A DNA stretch of 64,000 nucleotides from Macrostomum lignano (Eukaryota), in assembly GCA_002269645.1 (NCBI GenBank), contig NIVC01001894.1:1-64000 (forward strand), in the 5' to 3' direction. Below, piece after piece: positions 13,101-28,100 of the stretch. The position numbers and the translations under genes were made by a program. The notes under the pieces were generated by a model. That model was not told where the DNA came from and made no database searches. It was given only the letters and a program-made list of their open reading frames with translations. The first letter of the stretch is position 1. The number at the start of each line of letters is the position of its first letter.

Positions 13101-16100
13101 CCAGGTCCCCCCTCCCTGCTCCCAGATGTCAAACTTCAGGCTCCCTGTCCCCACTCTGGAGCTCTGCTATCGTTTCCCCTGCACATGACGCAGTTCAAAC
13201 ATTGTCTCCGCTTCCAAGCGGCAGGACAGGGAGGGTACGTAAATATGCAAATATTCATATCGTATTGTCTATAGTTTATCCCCTCACTTGTAAGGCAGTA
13301 CTCACAGCCTCCAGACTGGGCGGCTGCTGGCCGGGCTGACGGACATCGCCTCCGCCACTCTCGTAGTGATGCTGGTAGTAGGAGGCTGCGAAGCGGATGA
13401 TTGTTCAGTTTGATTGCATGATTATGCTTCACTTCAACACGGAGGCTGTGTCAGGATATTTCTCCTGGCAAAGACATCGAACCACAAATCTATTGCATCG
13501 CTGTGGATTGTGCTATCTCGCGTGGAAACACTTCCTGACTCTTCCATCAGTCCGAAATCCTGATTCTTCTGTGTACACCACCCCTGATTCTTCTTTGTGT
13601 ACACCACCCCTGATTCTTCTATGTACACCAACCCTGATTCTTCTGTGTACACCATCCCCGAATCTTCTGTGTACACCACCCCTGATTCTTCTTTGTGTAC
13701 ACCACCCCTGATTCTTCTATGTACACCAACCCTGATTCTTCTGTGTACACCATCCCCGAATCTTCTGTGTACACCACCCCTGATTCTTCTGTGTACACCA
13801 CCCCTGATTCTTCTTTGTGTACACCACCCCTGATTCTTCTGTGTACACCACCCCTGATTCTTCTTTGTGTACACCACCCCTGATTCTTCTGTGTACACCA
13901 CCCCTGATTCTTCTTTGTGTACACCACCCCTGATTCTTCTGTGTACATCACCCCTGATTCTTCTGTGTAAACCACCCCTGATTCTTCTGTGTACACCACC
14001 CCTGATTCTTCTGTGTACACCACCCCTGATTCTTCTGTGTACACCACCCCCGATTCTTCTGTGTACACCACCCCTGATTCTTCTGTGTACACCACCCCTG
14101 ATTCTCTGTGTACACCACCCCTGATTCTTCTGTGTACACCACCCCTGATTCTTCTGTGTACACCACCCCTGATTCTCTGTGTACACCAACCCTGATTCTC
14201 TGTGTACACCAACCCTGATTCTTCTGTGTACACCACCCCTGATTCTTCTGTGTACACCATCCCCGATTCTCCTGTGTACACCACCCCTGATTCTTCTGTG
14301 TACACCACCCCTGATTCTTCTGTGTACACCACCCCTGATTCTCTGTGTACACCAACCCTGATTCTCTGTGTACACCACCCCTGATTCTCTGTGTACACCA
14401 ACCCTGATTCTCTGTGTACACCACCCCTGATTCTCTGTGTACACCACCCCTGATTCTCTGTGTACAACCACCCCTGATTCTCTGTGTACACCACCCCTGA
14501 TTCTCTGTGTACACCACCCCTGATTCTCTGTGTACACCACTCGATGATTCTGCGAGCACTCTTCGTGAAAACACCCGGATCCTGGTGCAGACACCCCAGT
14601 CCAACTGCACGAGTCTCTCCAGCTCATAAAGATGGCAAGCAAAGCGCACCTGCCGCCCCGCTGGAGTGCTGCCGGTACAGAGAGCTGTGCCCGGCGCTGC
14701 CGAGGCCTCTCTGGTAATCGTCGAACGAATGCGGCGGCTGCAAGCCACGAGCAGAGGCTGCCACATCAAAAGAAGCCGCGCCGCTGTTATTAACGAGTCC
14801 GGCTAATTGGCCTCGGACAGGTGTGCCGACGTGTCCGACTGCGGCGATCGGGTTGTACCGCTGTTGCTGGTACATCAGCCGTCTGCTGTCGGCCACTGGC
14901 TGAAATTCGAGCTGCTGACCACTGCTGGCCGCCTGCTGCCACCACCAGTTTGGCGGCTGGGCGCCATGCTCCGCGCGGCGCGACTCCTCCTGGCAGCGAA
15001 TTGCGTCATCGATTTGGCGCCTGCGTCGTTCGATTTCGCGCTCCAGCTGAACGATCCGCGTCTCCTTGCGCATCAACTCGTAGTCGAAGCTGCTGAGGAG
15101 GCCACCGCCGCCGCCGCCTCCTCGAAGATGCCAGTCATGCGCTAAGTGCGGCGGCGGCGGAGGCGGTAGAAGCTGCTGAGGCATCATCGATCGGCTCCGC
15201 TGCTGCTGCTGCTGCTGATGCAGGCTGTGGAGAGGCTGGCCGCGGTTTAGCGGCATTGCGGCGAGCTGCTCGCCAATGGCATCCAGCTGAGCTCGTTCCA
15301 TGCGCCGCAGGGTGTCCAGCTGCTCCTCCAGCTGGCGTGTCAGGCGCAGATGCTCGAGTTGACGTCGGCGATTTCGCGTCACCAGGAGCAGCTCCTGCAG
15401 CACCAGGTAGTGCCGGTTTTGCTGCTTTTGCTGCTGGCCGCTGCTGGTGCTGGTGCTGTTGCTGCTGCTGTTGCTGCTGCTATTTCTGCCTTGGAATCGG
15501 CAAAGTTTCTTCCGTTGCTGCCGCCGCCGCTGCTGCTGCTGTTGCTATTAAAAATGAGGCGGGATTTGGGGAGTGACGGGTAGTAGGGCAGCTCAGGCTC
15601 AGTCGCTATTGGCTTACTGCAGTTTTATGATGCTTTTGCCCAGTCAGGCCCCGGCTGGGCCTCAGCCATGGAGATCGTGAAATTCTGGTTCAAGTTTTCC
15701 TTGGCTCAGCGCCAGGGAGAAGGAGAGGGAGAGAGTCGGCCTGAGGCGCCAAGGGATTGGCAATGGTTTCATTGCCAGGGCGAGCAATAAATCCGCTTGT
15801 AAAACGCGGTACCGCAATAAAACAGGGTATCGAACCGTATTGGTTTCCACCTACTTATCAGATGGGAGGCCAAAATGGCTTTAAGATGATTGAGCATTGC
15901 TGGCTAATATAGATAGATGGCAACGGCTGATGTAGATAGCTCGTGAATGATTTGTTGAATATCGCGACAAAGACTGCATGTACATCAGACTGACGGTATT
16001 GGGACGAAGATTACATCAGGCTGAGGATATTGATACAAAGACTACATCAGGCTGAGGATATTGGAACAAAGAATACATCAGGCTGAGGGTATTGAGACAA

Positions 16101-19100
16101 AGACTGCATCAGGCTGAGGGTATTAAGACAAAGACTACATCAGGCTGAGGATATTGGAACAAAGACTACTTCAGGCTGAGTATATTTAGACAAAGACAAC
16201 ATCAGGCTGAGATATTGAGACAAAGAATACATCAGACTGAGGATATTAAGACAAAGACAACATCAGGCTCAGGATATTGGAACAAAGACTACATCAGGCT
16301 GAGTATATTGAGACAAAGACAACATCAGGCTGAGGGTTTTAAGACAAGGACAACATCAGGCTCAGGATATTGGAACAAAGACTACATCAGGCTGAGGGTA
16401 TTGAGACAAAGACTGCATCAGGCTGAGGGTATTAGGACAAAGACTATTAGCTTTATTAGTAACAACAAACGATACTTTAATGCTAATCCAACTGATTCCA
16501 ACTATCAAAGCAGACTGATAATTTGTTCTCAGACAGGGGTATCTGTAGCAGCAAAAGTACATTAATCACAGGGCATTACCTATTCGGATGAGTGCAGAAA
16601 AGCATTAGCTATGGAGCATTCACTAAAAGCGGATTCACTATAATTAATAATATAGCTGGGAAGGCCAACTTCCAGCCAATATTTCGAGAGGAAATTAATA
16701 ATAATAAAACTCAGAGGTTTTCATACATCCAGATAATAACTTCAATATTATTTTTTTTCGCGCCCAAAGATTACCCTTCCAGACTCTCCTATATGCGGTT
16801 AGTCCCAGGGTTTGCCCCCCCCCCTCGAAGGGTTACCAGCGAGTGCAGCAGGGGAGAAGCAGAGTGAGAAGCTGGGGAGGCCGCAGACGCTGTGGCAGCA
16901 GTGTACACTATGGAGGGTAGAAAAGTGCAGCGGCTTTACTTTAATATGCGCGCGCCCGCTCGGAAGGTTTGGCCCGGGGCTGAGAGGAGCAGCGAGAGAG
17001 TGGAGGGAGGGAGAGAAAGGGAGAGGAGGCCAGCGGGAGGCACCAGGAGCGGCTCTGAGAGTCCGTTTCGGACGCCTCCACCTTCGCTGCCGGACTGGAC
17101 TGTGTTGGTAGGCGAGGCGGCGGCTGACGGGGCGAGATGTTGTGATAAAATGAGAGAGGGAGCGCGAGAATTCCGGGATAAAGTGGGAGAAGCATAGCAG
17201 CTTAGAGTAGATGCTGGTGAGGAAAGGCCGCCCGCTTGCCTAAGAAAGTTGTGGTGTGACGAAGCTGGCGAAAAATAAAATTGTTGGCCAAAACAGCTGC
17301 AGGCACTCTTATGTTTTCCTGCCCTATTTGGGCGTAGATCTTTCCTGCTTGGAACTTTCTGCTCTCTCTTTTCGATAGCAAACCGAGTTTTTATTGGCGC
17401 TTGAACCAAATTTCTTAAATTATTTCGACGTCTAACATATTGTGTCGAACATCTCTGCGTCCAACATCTGTGTCTACATCTCTGTGTCTAACATCTTTGT
17501 CTAACATCTGTGTCTAACATGTGTGTCCAACATCTGTGTCTACATTTTTGTGTCTAATATCTGTATCTAACATCTGTGTCTACATCTCTGTGTCTAACAT
17601 CCGTATCTAACATTTGTATCTAACATCTGTATCTAACATTCGTATCTAACATCCGTATCTAACATCCGTATCTGCATCTTGTCTAACGTCTATCTAACAT
17701 CTGTGTCTAAGATCTGTGTCTTTGTGTCTAACGTCAGTGTCTAACATCTTTGTGTCTAACACCAGTGTCTAACATCCGTATCTAACACACATGCAGCTGT
17801 GTCGAACTTATCTGTTTAACATCTTATTATCTAGCAGCAAGGACAAAATAACAGTCTGCTCCTGATCAAATATTTGCTTATAAGCTTCCTTTTAAGCCAT
17901 AGAGATAGGAAGGGGCAACATCAAGTTAATTAAGTGCCGGCAGAAATGAAACACCCGAGACTGAAACTCAGCCTCAGCCAAGCCAAGAAGTACACAGAGC
18001 ACTTCAGTGCCCTGGGATAGCCGAAGAGCCCGACTCAGGCGTATCGAAAACTGGCCAGACATGGGCATGAGCTAGCAAGATTCTTTATGGCCTCCAGCTT
18101 ATTAAGTGGGCTGCTGGCTGAGTGCAAATATGGAGTGTTGTGCCCGGCCACCCCACTCTCCCTGCAGCTCCCCTGCTTTGCACTCTTGCTCCCGTCTCCT
18201 GCCGTGCCTTCCCCTTCTCCCCTTCCTATCTGCTCACATCACCTCATCTCTACCGATGTCATCCTCATCTCTACCGATGTCATCCTAATCTCTACCGATG
18301 TCATCCTCATCTCTACCGATGTCATCCCCATCTCTACTGATGTCATCCTCATCTCTACCGATGTCATCCCCATCTCTACTGATGTTATCCTCATCTCTAC
18401 CGATGTCATCCTCATCTCTACTGATGTCATCCTCATCTCTACCGATGTCATCCCCATCTCTACCGATGTCATCCTCATCTCTACTGATGTCATCCTCATC
18501 TCTACCGATGTCATCCCCATCTCTACCGATGTCATCCTCATCTCTACCGATGTCATCCTCATCTCTACCGATGCCATCCTCATCTCTACTGATGTCATCC
18601 CCATCTCTACTGATGTCAATTCCATCTCTACCGATGCGATCCCCATCTCTACTGATGCCATCCCATCTCCCTCACACATCATCCATCTCCCTCACACATC
18701 ACCCCATCTCTCTCACACATAACCCATCTCCCTCACACATCACCTATCTCCCTCACACATAACCCATCTCCCTCACACATCACCCCATCTCTCTCACACA
18801 TAACCCATCTCCCTCACACATCACCTATCTCCCTCACACATAACCCATCTCCCTCACACATCACCTATCTCCCTCACACATAACCCATCTCCCTCACACA
18901 TCACTCCATCTCTCTAACGCTCGCCATCCCCAGATTGCCCCACCCAGCAGCCAGTTCCGATCTCTTATCACTCAGGCCATTGATTTCTCCGCCTATATTT
19001 AAATAATGATCTCATTCGTCTCTCCTAGAGCCCCCGGTTCAATCCGGCTGCATGTGTTTCTCCAATTTGTGCAGCAAAGCCCCAATCCAGGCCGGGATGC

Positions 19101-22100
19101 GAGCCCAAGACTGGCGAGCATGAACAGGAGCGCCTCCATTTTCCCTGAGGATTTTCCGCGGGCCGGTCAATTTTGTTCCTCAGCGCCGGGATGTCCTCAT
19201 TATCGCACAGGAACAGGCGCGGCCTGGGGACTCTGCATCTCTAAGTAGGGTCTTCTTCTTCTTCTTCTTCTTCACTTTTCCTCTCTTATTTTCTGTTGAT
19301 TGGTTCCGCCCAGCGCCTGGCTACTTGAACAAGATTGCCCCCCCCCTGCGCGCCGAAAGTTTGTATTTTCATGCCAGCATGCGAGCTGTAGATACGGTGA
19401 GCAGAATCTTCATCGCCCGAGCAGTCCAACACTGCTGCTGCTGCTGTTTCTGCTGCCGGGGCAGGGAGAGAAAGCCAAGCGGTTGAAGGAGAAGCGAGCG
19501 AAGAGAGGCGAGAGAGGATGGATCAGGGGGGGGGGGGCAAATAGAGTAGGAATGCCAAAAAGACTGGCTCTCCCAGTAGGTCTCGGCCGAATCAATATTC
19601 AATTTTTGCCTTTACTTATTCATAAGCTGGGCGAGCACTAGGGGCAATGATACTGGCTGAGATAGTGTGCATTATAGATAAGATATGGGTGCTGTGTCAT
19701 TATCCTAGCCTCTGGGCCGGCTTTCAAGTATAGAAAAATTTCTAATCAATATTTGTACAGGTCTCTACTGTTTCATAGTCCCCATGGTACCCCCCCCCCA
19801 CTGTGTCTATGACCCCTAAAGCCTATATGACTCCTTCACAGTCTATGACTCCCCCACAGTCTCTATGACTCCCCCACAGTCTCTATGACTCCCCCGCAGT
19901 CTCTATGACTCCCCCCGCAGTCTCTATGACTCCCCCACAGAGTCCATGACTAACCACAGAGTCTATGACTCCCCCACAGTCTCTATGGCTCCCCCACAGT
20001 CTCTATGACTCCCCCGCAGTCTCTATGACTCCCCCGCCGCAGTCTCTATGACTCCCCCACAGTCTCTATGACTTCCACACAGAGTCCATGACTAACCACA
20101 GAGTCTATGACTCCCCCACAGTCTCTATGACCCCCCCATAGTCTCTATGAGTCCCCCACAGTCTCTATGACTCCCCCGCAGTCTCTATGACTCCCCCGCA
20201 GTCTCTATGACTCCCCCACAGTCTCTATGACTCCCCCACAGTCTCTATGGTTCCCCCATAGTCTCTATGACTCCCCCACAGTCTCTATGACTCCCGCGCC
20301 GCAGTCTCTATGACTTCCACACAGAGTCCATGACTAACCACAGAGTCTATAACTCCCCCACAGTCTCTATGACTCCCCCATAGTCTCTATGGCTCCCCCA
20401 TAGTCTCTATGACTCCCCCGCAGTCTCTATGACTCCCCCGCCGCAGTCTCTATGACTCCCCCACAGTCTCTATGACTTCCACACAGAGTCCATGACTAAC
20501 CACAGAGTCTATGACTCCCCCACAGTCTCTATGACTCCCCCATAGTCTCTATGGCTCCCCCATAGTCTCTATGACTCCCCCACAGTCTCTATGACTCCCC
20601 CGCAGTCTCTATGACTCCCCCGCAGTCTCTATGACTCCCCCACAGTCTCTATGACTTCCACACAGAGTCCATGACTAACCACAGAGTCTATGACTCCCCC
20701 ACAGTCTCTATGACTCCCCCATAGTCTCTATGGCTCCCCCATAGTCTCTATGACTCCCCCACAGTCTCTATGACTCCCCCGCAGTCTCTATGACTCCCCC
20801 GCAGTCTCTATGACTCCCCCGCAGTCTCTATGAGTCCCCCACAGTCTCTATGACTCCCCCACAGTCTCTATGGTTCCCCCATAGTCTCTATGACTCCCCC
20901 ACAGTCTCTATGGCTCCCCCATAGTCTCTATGACTCCCCCACAGTCTCTACGACTCCCCCACAGTCTCTATGACTCCCCCGCAGTCTCTATGACTCCCCC
21001 GCAGTCTCTATGGCTTCCCCATAGTCTCTATGACCCCCTATATAGTGTCTATGACTGCCTACAGTTTCTATGACTGCCTACAGTTTCTATGACTGCCTAC
21101 AGTTTCTATGACTGCCTACAGTTTCTATGACTCCCCACAGTCTTTATGCGTGACTCACGCTGCCATCGCGGACTCTCTCAGCCCCGAGCTCCGCACTGGC
21201 CCGCGCGGACATCTCGGGCGACGCCAAGTCCGAGTCGTACTTTATCATCGGCGGGCTGGACTCCCGCTTGTTCTCAACCACAGCTGCAGTGTCTTTAGCA
21301 GCCTCCTTATCGGAGGAGCAGCTGTCGCTGGACTCTTGCTTGGATTCTTCCGTGATCAGCTGCTTGACAATTTCCTGGCTCTCTGCTTTTGTCTCCGTAG
21401 CAATGGAGTTCTTCTGCTCAGCATTCGGTTCCGCTGTGCTCAAGAGATTAAGCTGAGCAGACAGCGACTCCGCACCGGATGCCACGCTGGCTGCGTAGGC
21501 CGCCAGGTCCATCGCCGGAGGTTCTTCACATTTGTTGCTGTCGGTGGGCGATGAGGTCAGCTGCTGTTGCTGAGCTGGCGGCTCAGCCTGCGGCGTCTCG
21601 GCCTCCGCTGCAGCCGGAGACGGGTGCGCCTCATCGTAGTGCGGCCTGGCCGGAGGCAGCAGGGGGCTGCTGGGCCTGCCCTCCGTTGCGGATGACTGCG
21701 GTGTGGAGGTGCGGCAGAATGTACTTTGTTCGTGTGTGTCTGTGTGTGTTGATCTGCTATTTGCAGCTGTCTTCTGTCGTTTTCCCTGAAAGTAAAACAA
21801 CTTTTTGGAATGCCGATTCCATAAGCTCTACTGGCAGACAGTACCATGGCTAGATCATTTTGAGTAGACATATTGTGACAATCTTTGTCAAGAAGTCTTT
21901 GCTGATTGGGCATCGCTGATCTTCAATTGTCCCATTTCCATCTCATCTCACCGCTGCAGATCCAATTCGATCTATCCTTGCTCTTCTCCCTCTTCATCTC
22001 GTCTCACCGTTGCACATATCATCCCTCCCTCTCTCGTCTCATCTCTACTTCCCAATCTCTTGTCTCCCTGTCCCTGTAATCATACACCCCAATTCATCCC

Positions 22101-25100
22101 CATAACTCTAGTCACTCCGCTCCCCTCACAAAATCTCCCATCTCTGCATCCTCAAGCAGGCTGCTGATGCTCACGTGACCCCGGACCAGGGTGTTCATCA
22201 TGGCCGCGGACTGGTGGTGCCGCAGCCCGTGGAACCAGGAGCCGCTGCTGGCAGCCAGATGGCGCCGCTGCTGGCAAACCGCGCATATCCACTCGGCGAA
22301 CTTGAAATCGAATAGAAAATTGAAAACCGTTAGTCTGTGATGTATAAAATTTTAAACTGAGCACTTTAGCTGAATTTAATTAGTCTAGGGCCGAATGCGA
22401 AATGTCTGTGGCCAAGACCCGATAACTCACCCGGTGTCCGAACTCTTCGGCCTTCAGTAGCTAGAATTCATTCGGACACCCGATGACTCACCCGGTGTCC
22501 AAACTCTTCGGCCTTCAGTAGCTAGAATTCATTCGGACACCCGATGACTCACCCGGTGTCCGAGTTCTTCGGCCTTCAGTCATCTGGTAGCTAGAATTCA
22601 TTCGGACACCCGATGACTCACCCGGTGTCCGAGTTTTTCAGCCTTCAGTAGCTAGAAGTCATTCGGACACCCGATGACTCACCCGGTGTCCGAGTTCTTC
22701 GGCCTTCAGTCATCTGGTAGCTAGAATTCATTCGGACACCCGATGACTCACCCGGTGTCCGAGTTTTTCAGCCTTCAGTAGCTAGAAGTCATTCGGACAC
22801 CCGATGACTCACCCGGTGTCCGAACTCTTCGGCCTTCAGTAGCTAGAATTCATTCGGACACCCGATGACTCACCCGGTGTCCGAGTTCTTCGGTCTTCAG
22901 TAGCTAGAATTCTTTTGGACACCCGATGACTCACCCGGTGTCCGAGTTCTTCGGCCTTCAGTAGCTAGAATTCATTCGGACACCCGATGACTCACCCGGT
23001 GTCCGAGTTCTTCGGCCTTCAGTAGCTAGAATTCATTCGGACACCCGATGACTCACCCGGTGTCCGAGTTTTTCAGCCTTCAGTAGCTAGAATTCATTCG
23101 GACACCCGATGACTCACCCGGTGTCCGAGTTCTTCGGCCTTCAGTAGCTAGAATTCTTTCGGACACCCGATGACTCACCCGGTGTCCGAGTTCTTCGGTC
23201 TTCAGTAGCTAGAATTCTTTTGGACACCCGATGACTCACCCGGTGTCCGAGTTCTTCGGCCTTCAGTAGCTAGAATTCATTCGGACACCCGATGACTCAC
23301 CCGGTGTCCGAGTTCTTCGGCCTTCAGTAGCTAGAATTCATTCGGACACCCGATGACTCACCCGGTGTCCGAGTTTTTCAGCCTTCAGTAGCTAGAAGTC
23401 ATTCGGACACCCGATGACTCACCCGGTGTCCGAGTTTTTCAGCCTTCAGTAGCTAGAAGTCATTCGGACACCCGATGACTCACCCGGTGTCCGAGTTTTT
23501 CAGCCTTCAGTAGCTAGAAGTCATTCGGACACCCGATGACTCACCCGGTGTCCGAGTTTTTCAGCCTTCAGTAGCTAGAATTTATTCGGACACCCGATGA
23601 CTCACCCGGTGTCCGGTATCTTGGCAGAAGCTGCCACAGTCGTAGCAGACCAGCCTGCGGCATTCGCGGCACCGGTAATCGTCTCTGGTCGAGTTCACCG
23701 GATTCTCCGCGCACAGCGGGCAGCTGCTGGACTGGCATCCGCCGGCCGACTGGCGCTTTGACTGCACCGACTGTTCCAGGATGCTGCAGATGAGGCACGG
23801 TGTGGGAATGGTCAGCTTCTATGAGTGAGTGACTGAGGGGGATTGATATCCTTCAGTGAGTGACTGAGGGGAAATGATATCCTTCAGTGAGTGACAGAAG
23901 GGAAATGATATCCTTCAGTGAGTGACAGAAGGGAAATGATATCCTTCAGTGAGTGACAAAGGGGAATTGATATCCTTCAGTGAGTGACAAAGGGGAAATG
24001 ATATCCTTCAGTGTGTGACAGAAGGGAAATGATATCCTTCAGTGAGTGACAGAAGGGAAATGAAATCCTTCAGTGAGTGACAAAGGGGAATTGATATCCT
24101 TCAGTGAGTGACAAAGGGGAAATGATATCCTTCAGTGTGTGACAGAAGGGAAATGATATCCTTCAGTGAGTGACAGAAGGGAAATGATATCCTTCAGTGA
24201 GTGACAGAAGGGAAATGATATCCTTCAGTGAGTGACAAAGGGGAATTGATATCCTTCAGTGTGTGACAAAGGGGAAATGATATCCTTCAGTGTGTGACAG
24301 AAGGGAAATGATATCCTTCAGTGAGTGACAGAAGGGAAATGATATCCTTCAGTGAGTGACAAAGGGGAATTGATATCCTTCAGTGAGTGACAAAGGGGAA
24401 ATGATATCCTTCAGTGTGTGACAGAAGGGAAATGATATCCTTCAGTGAGTGACAGAAGGGAAATGATATCCTTCAGTGAGTGACAAAGGGGAATTGATAT
24501 CCTTCAGTGAGTGACTGAGGGGAATTGATATCCTTCAGTGAGTGACAAAGGGGAAATGATATCCTTCAGTGTGTGACAGAAGGGAAATGATATCCTTCAG
24601 TGAGTGACAGAAGGGAAATGATATCCTTCAGTGAGTGACAAAGGGGAACGGATATCCTTCAGTGAGTGACAAAGGGGAAATGTTATCCTTCAGTGAGTGA
24701 CAAAGGGGAAATGATATCCTTCAGTGAGTGAAAAAGGGGAAATGATATCCTTCAGTGAGTGACAAAGGGGAAATGTTATCCTTCAGTGAGTGACAAAGGG
24801 GAAATGATATCCTTCAGTGAGTGAAAAAGGGGAAATGATATCCTTCAGTGAGTGACAAAGGGGAATTGATATCCTTCAGTGAGTGACAAAGGGGAATTGA
24901 TATCCTTCAGTGAGTGACAAAGGGGAAATGATATCCTTCAGTGTGTGACAGAAGGGAAATGATATCCTTCAGTGAGTGACAGAAGGGAAATGATATCCTT
25001 CAGTGAGTGACAGAAGGGAAATGATATCCTTCAGTGAGTGACAAAGGGGAATTGATATCCTTCAGTGTGTGACAAAGGGGAAATGATATCCTTCAGTGTG

Positions 25101-28100
25101 TGACAGAAGGGAAATGATATCCTTCAGTGAGTGACAGAAGGGAAATGATATCCTTCAGTGAGTGACAAAGGGGAATTGATATCCTTCAGTGAGTGACAAA
25201 GGGGAAATGATATCCTTCAGTGTGTGACAGAAGGGAAATGATATCCTTCAGTGAGTGACAGAAGGGAAATGATATCCTTCAGTGAGTGACAAAGGGGAAT
25301 TGATATCCTTCAGTGAGTGACTGAGGGGAATTGATATCCTTCAGTGAGTGACAAAGGGGAAATGATATCCTTCAGTGTGTGACAGAAGGGAAATGATATC
25401 CTTCAGTGAGTGACAGAAGGGAAATGATATCCTTCAGTGAGTGACAAAGGGGAAATGTTATCCTTCAGTGAGTGACAAAGGGGAAATGATATCCTTCAGT
25501 GAGTGAAAAAGGGGAAATGATATCCTTCAGTGAGTGACAAAGGGGAAATGTTATCCTTCAGTGAGTGACAAAGGGGAAATGATATCCTTCAGTGAGTGAA
25601 AAAGGGGAAATGATATCCTTCAGTGAGTGACAAAGGGGAATTGATATCCTTCAGTGAGTGACAAAGGGGAAATCTTCAGCTCTGATAGATAAAAAAAGGC
25701 TTTATATTTAGCAAAATTCTCATAATCACGAACAGCCATTAGACAAAGCATATCAGTTTTCTGGCTAAGCGCCAGAGCCAATCAGTAAGGGGGATAATCT
25801 TGCTTTTGTTAAGGCCGCGAATATTAGTCACGAATAACTGCGATAATTGCTCCTCCACTGCTCAGCTGTACACAGGTACGCCTGATAGTTAATAACCCCC
25901 CCTATCCCTGGCACAGGAGCCGACAGGTGGCAGACAGAGCCTTCATTGAGTCTGGAATCCGGGACGCTGGCCTCTTTTCAAACAGGCTTCAGACACAGCG
26001 GCTAACTGAAGCAAGACAAGGAACTAAACATATTCATCCCCTTTGTTGCTTTTTCTCTCTCTTTTCGCAATCCTCTGAGAACTGCCAACCCCAACGAGCT
26101 TTCCCTGCTTTTCCTCTCCGAGTTGTCCCCACCGAGTTTCCCCACCGAGTTTCCCCACCCAGTTTCCCCACCGAGTTTCCCCACCCAGTTTCCCCACCGA
26201 GTTTCCCCACCGAGTGTCTTGAATACACTGGCGCTTATGGGAAAAATCCAACCTTCTAGCAGAATCGTTGAATGTCTCGACTGTCCAAAGGGCTGGCGAC
26301 TCTATTCTTATTTGAGAAGGTGCGCAACAAAAAGTTAGGCCGTGTTCTGGAATTTCGTGTGCCTGCGTTGCTTCGTTCCGGCGTAGCAAAAAACTTGTCG
26401 AAGGGGGGGACCCCCCTCTGGGTAGATTAACGGGCGGAAAATGGCGTATTTCTACTGTTAATGATTTTAGGATTCTCCGGATTTTTTAAGTATTTAATGA
26501 CGATTCAACCGACTCGAATAGAATGGAAGGCGCTGGTTTCTGCGTACGGAAGGCCAGTGAGGAAGTGGCGGCAGAGAATCATACAGTTGACAAACATCAG
26601 GGCAGCAGCTAGGTGGCTGAACGAAAAGTTGGGAAGCTGGCAGGACGCGACGCGACGGTCACTCCAGCGTCCCAGGCGATGAACGCGCCGACATGCTTGC
26701 AGCCCTCAACCGGCCTGGAAGGGCCCGGGCGGGAAGCAGTCAAAGCTACGGTGACTGCGTGGCTCTGGCGGCCGAGGACCCGGACCCAGGAGCACCCGGC
26801 TAGCAGCGACAAGCTCCGACCCCACGATCTTCACGGACGGCTCCGTCCGTGAGGCCGAGGCTGAGCAGATTTCAGCAAGAACCAGAGCGGGCCGGACCAG
26901 GATTCTCGTCGACACAGGCTGAGCTCGCCACCATCAGAGCAGCACTGCAGCGGCTCGAGCGATCGCGAATAACATACGGCTAGGGAGTCCCCTGTTGTAA
27001 AGGCCGAACCTGACAGACTGGCCAGTGGCCAAGCAGACCGACTCCCTGCGCTTCCAAGTCGGTCACCACAGCGCAACCTAGGGCGTTGCACGGCTCAGCG
27101 ACCTATGCCGTAGTTTTCGGCCTTAAGTTGCTAAAAATAGAAACAAACAACAGAAACAGCAGCAAAAAATCAACAGACCAGTTCGCCTGACATCGGTCTA
27201 CGCTGAGCTCATGGAAGAATGGTGACAAATAGGCTGTATTTACTGGCTTGAGGAGAACAACATCATCCGGCTTTGGCAAGCTGGTTCCCAGAGAGGTAGA
27301 AGCGCTGAAGAGCAAGTGCTTAGGTTAGTGCAGCACATCCAAGACGGCTGGGAGAGCAAAAAAGCAAAAAAAACCATAGCCGTGACGCCAGATTGCTCAA
27401 AGGCGTATGAAAGAGTGTGAAGAGTTCGGCTTTTAGAGACGATGATGGAGGAAGGCGTCCCGGCTAGGATTACAAGATGGTTCGCCAGTTTCCTGGAGGG
27501 CAGGCAGGCTGGAGTTCGCGCCGGGGACGGATGCAGCAAGTTCAGAAGGTTCCAAGAAGGTCTCCTGCACGGGGCGGTGAGCTTCCTGGCCCTGTTCCTA
27601 CTGTACGTCAAGAAATAGAGGAAGAGGATGTGCACAACGGAGAGTTCGCGGACGATCTAGCAGTATGGTCTAGCTACAGCAGGTTTTTCTACAGCAGGGC
27701 GTACCTTGGTTGTGACACCGGAAACGCTGGTAGCGAGGCCCGCCGGCTCTCCACGCTCCTGCTCAGGGCCGGTGACATCGAGCCGAACCCAGGTCCAGGC
27801 CCGACTCATATATGTGGGTGGCGTGAGTGTGGTCGCCCCCTCCGTGGGAGATCTCTCCACTGCCAACCTTGCGGGAAAGATTTTCACCTCCAACGTGACT
27901 GTTCTGGCCTCAGCCGCTGGGCGGCCGACAAGAAGATCGGTTCTCCCGACTGGCGCTGCCCAACCTGCTCGGGCGGCCCGGACACCGATCCCGGCAACCA
28001 GGCCACCGGTCCACCAGAGGAACCTGCTGATGGCGCCAATCGTGGATACAGCAGACGTGAAGAGCTCCTCCGTCGCCTTCGCGAAACCAAATTGCGCCCA

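Noticed and set aside
16560-19640. GC-rich unique blocks (16800-17420, 18940-19640) that could be TE 5' UTRs or extra exons
   Set aside because: No recognisable domain, termini or phase-compatible splice sites; left unassigned.
22410-23614. CRISPR-like appearance (palindromic repeat, regular spacing)
   Set aside because: The inter-palindrome segments are near-identical rather than unique spacers, there are no cas genes, and the context is a eukaryotic intron.
27687-27760. HDV-like ribozyme at the Ingi 5' end, as in L1Tc
   Set aside because: Could not assemble the P1-P2-P3-P1.1-P4 pseudoknot by eye; needs a covariance-model scan.
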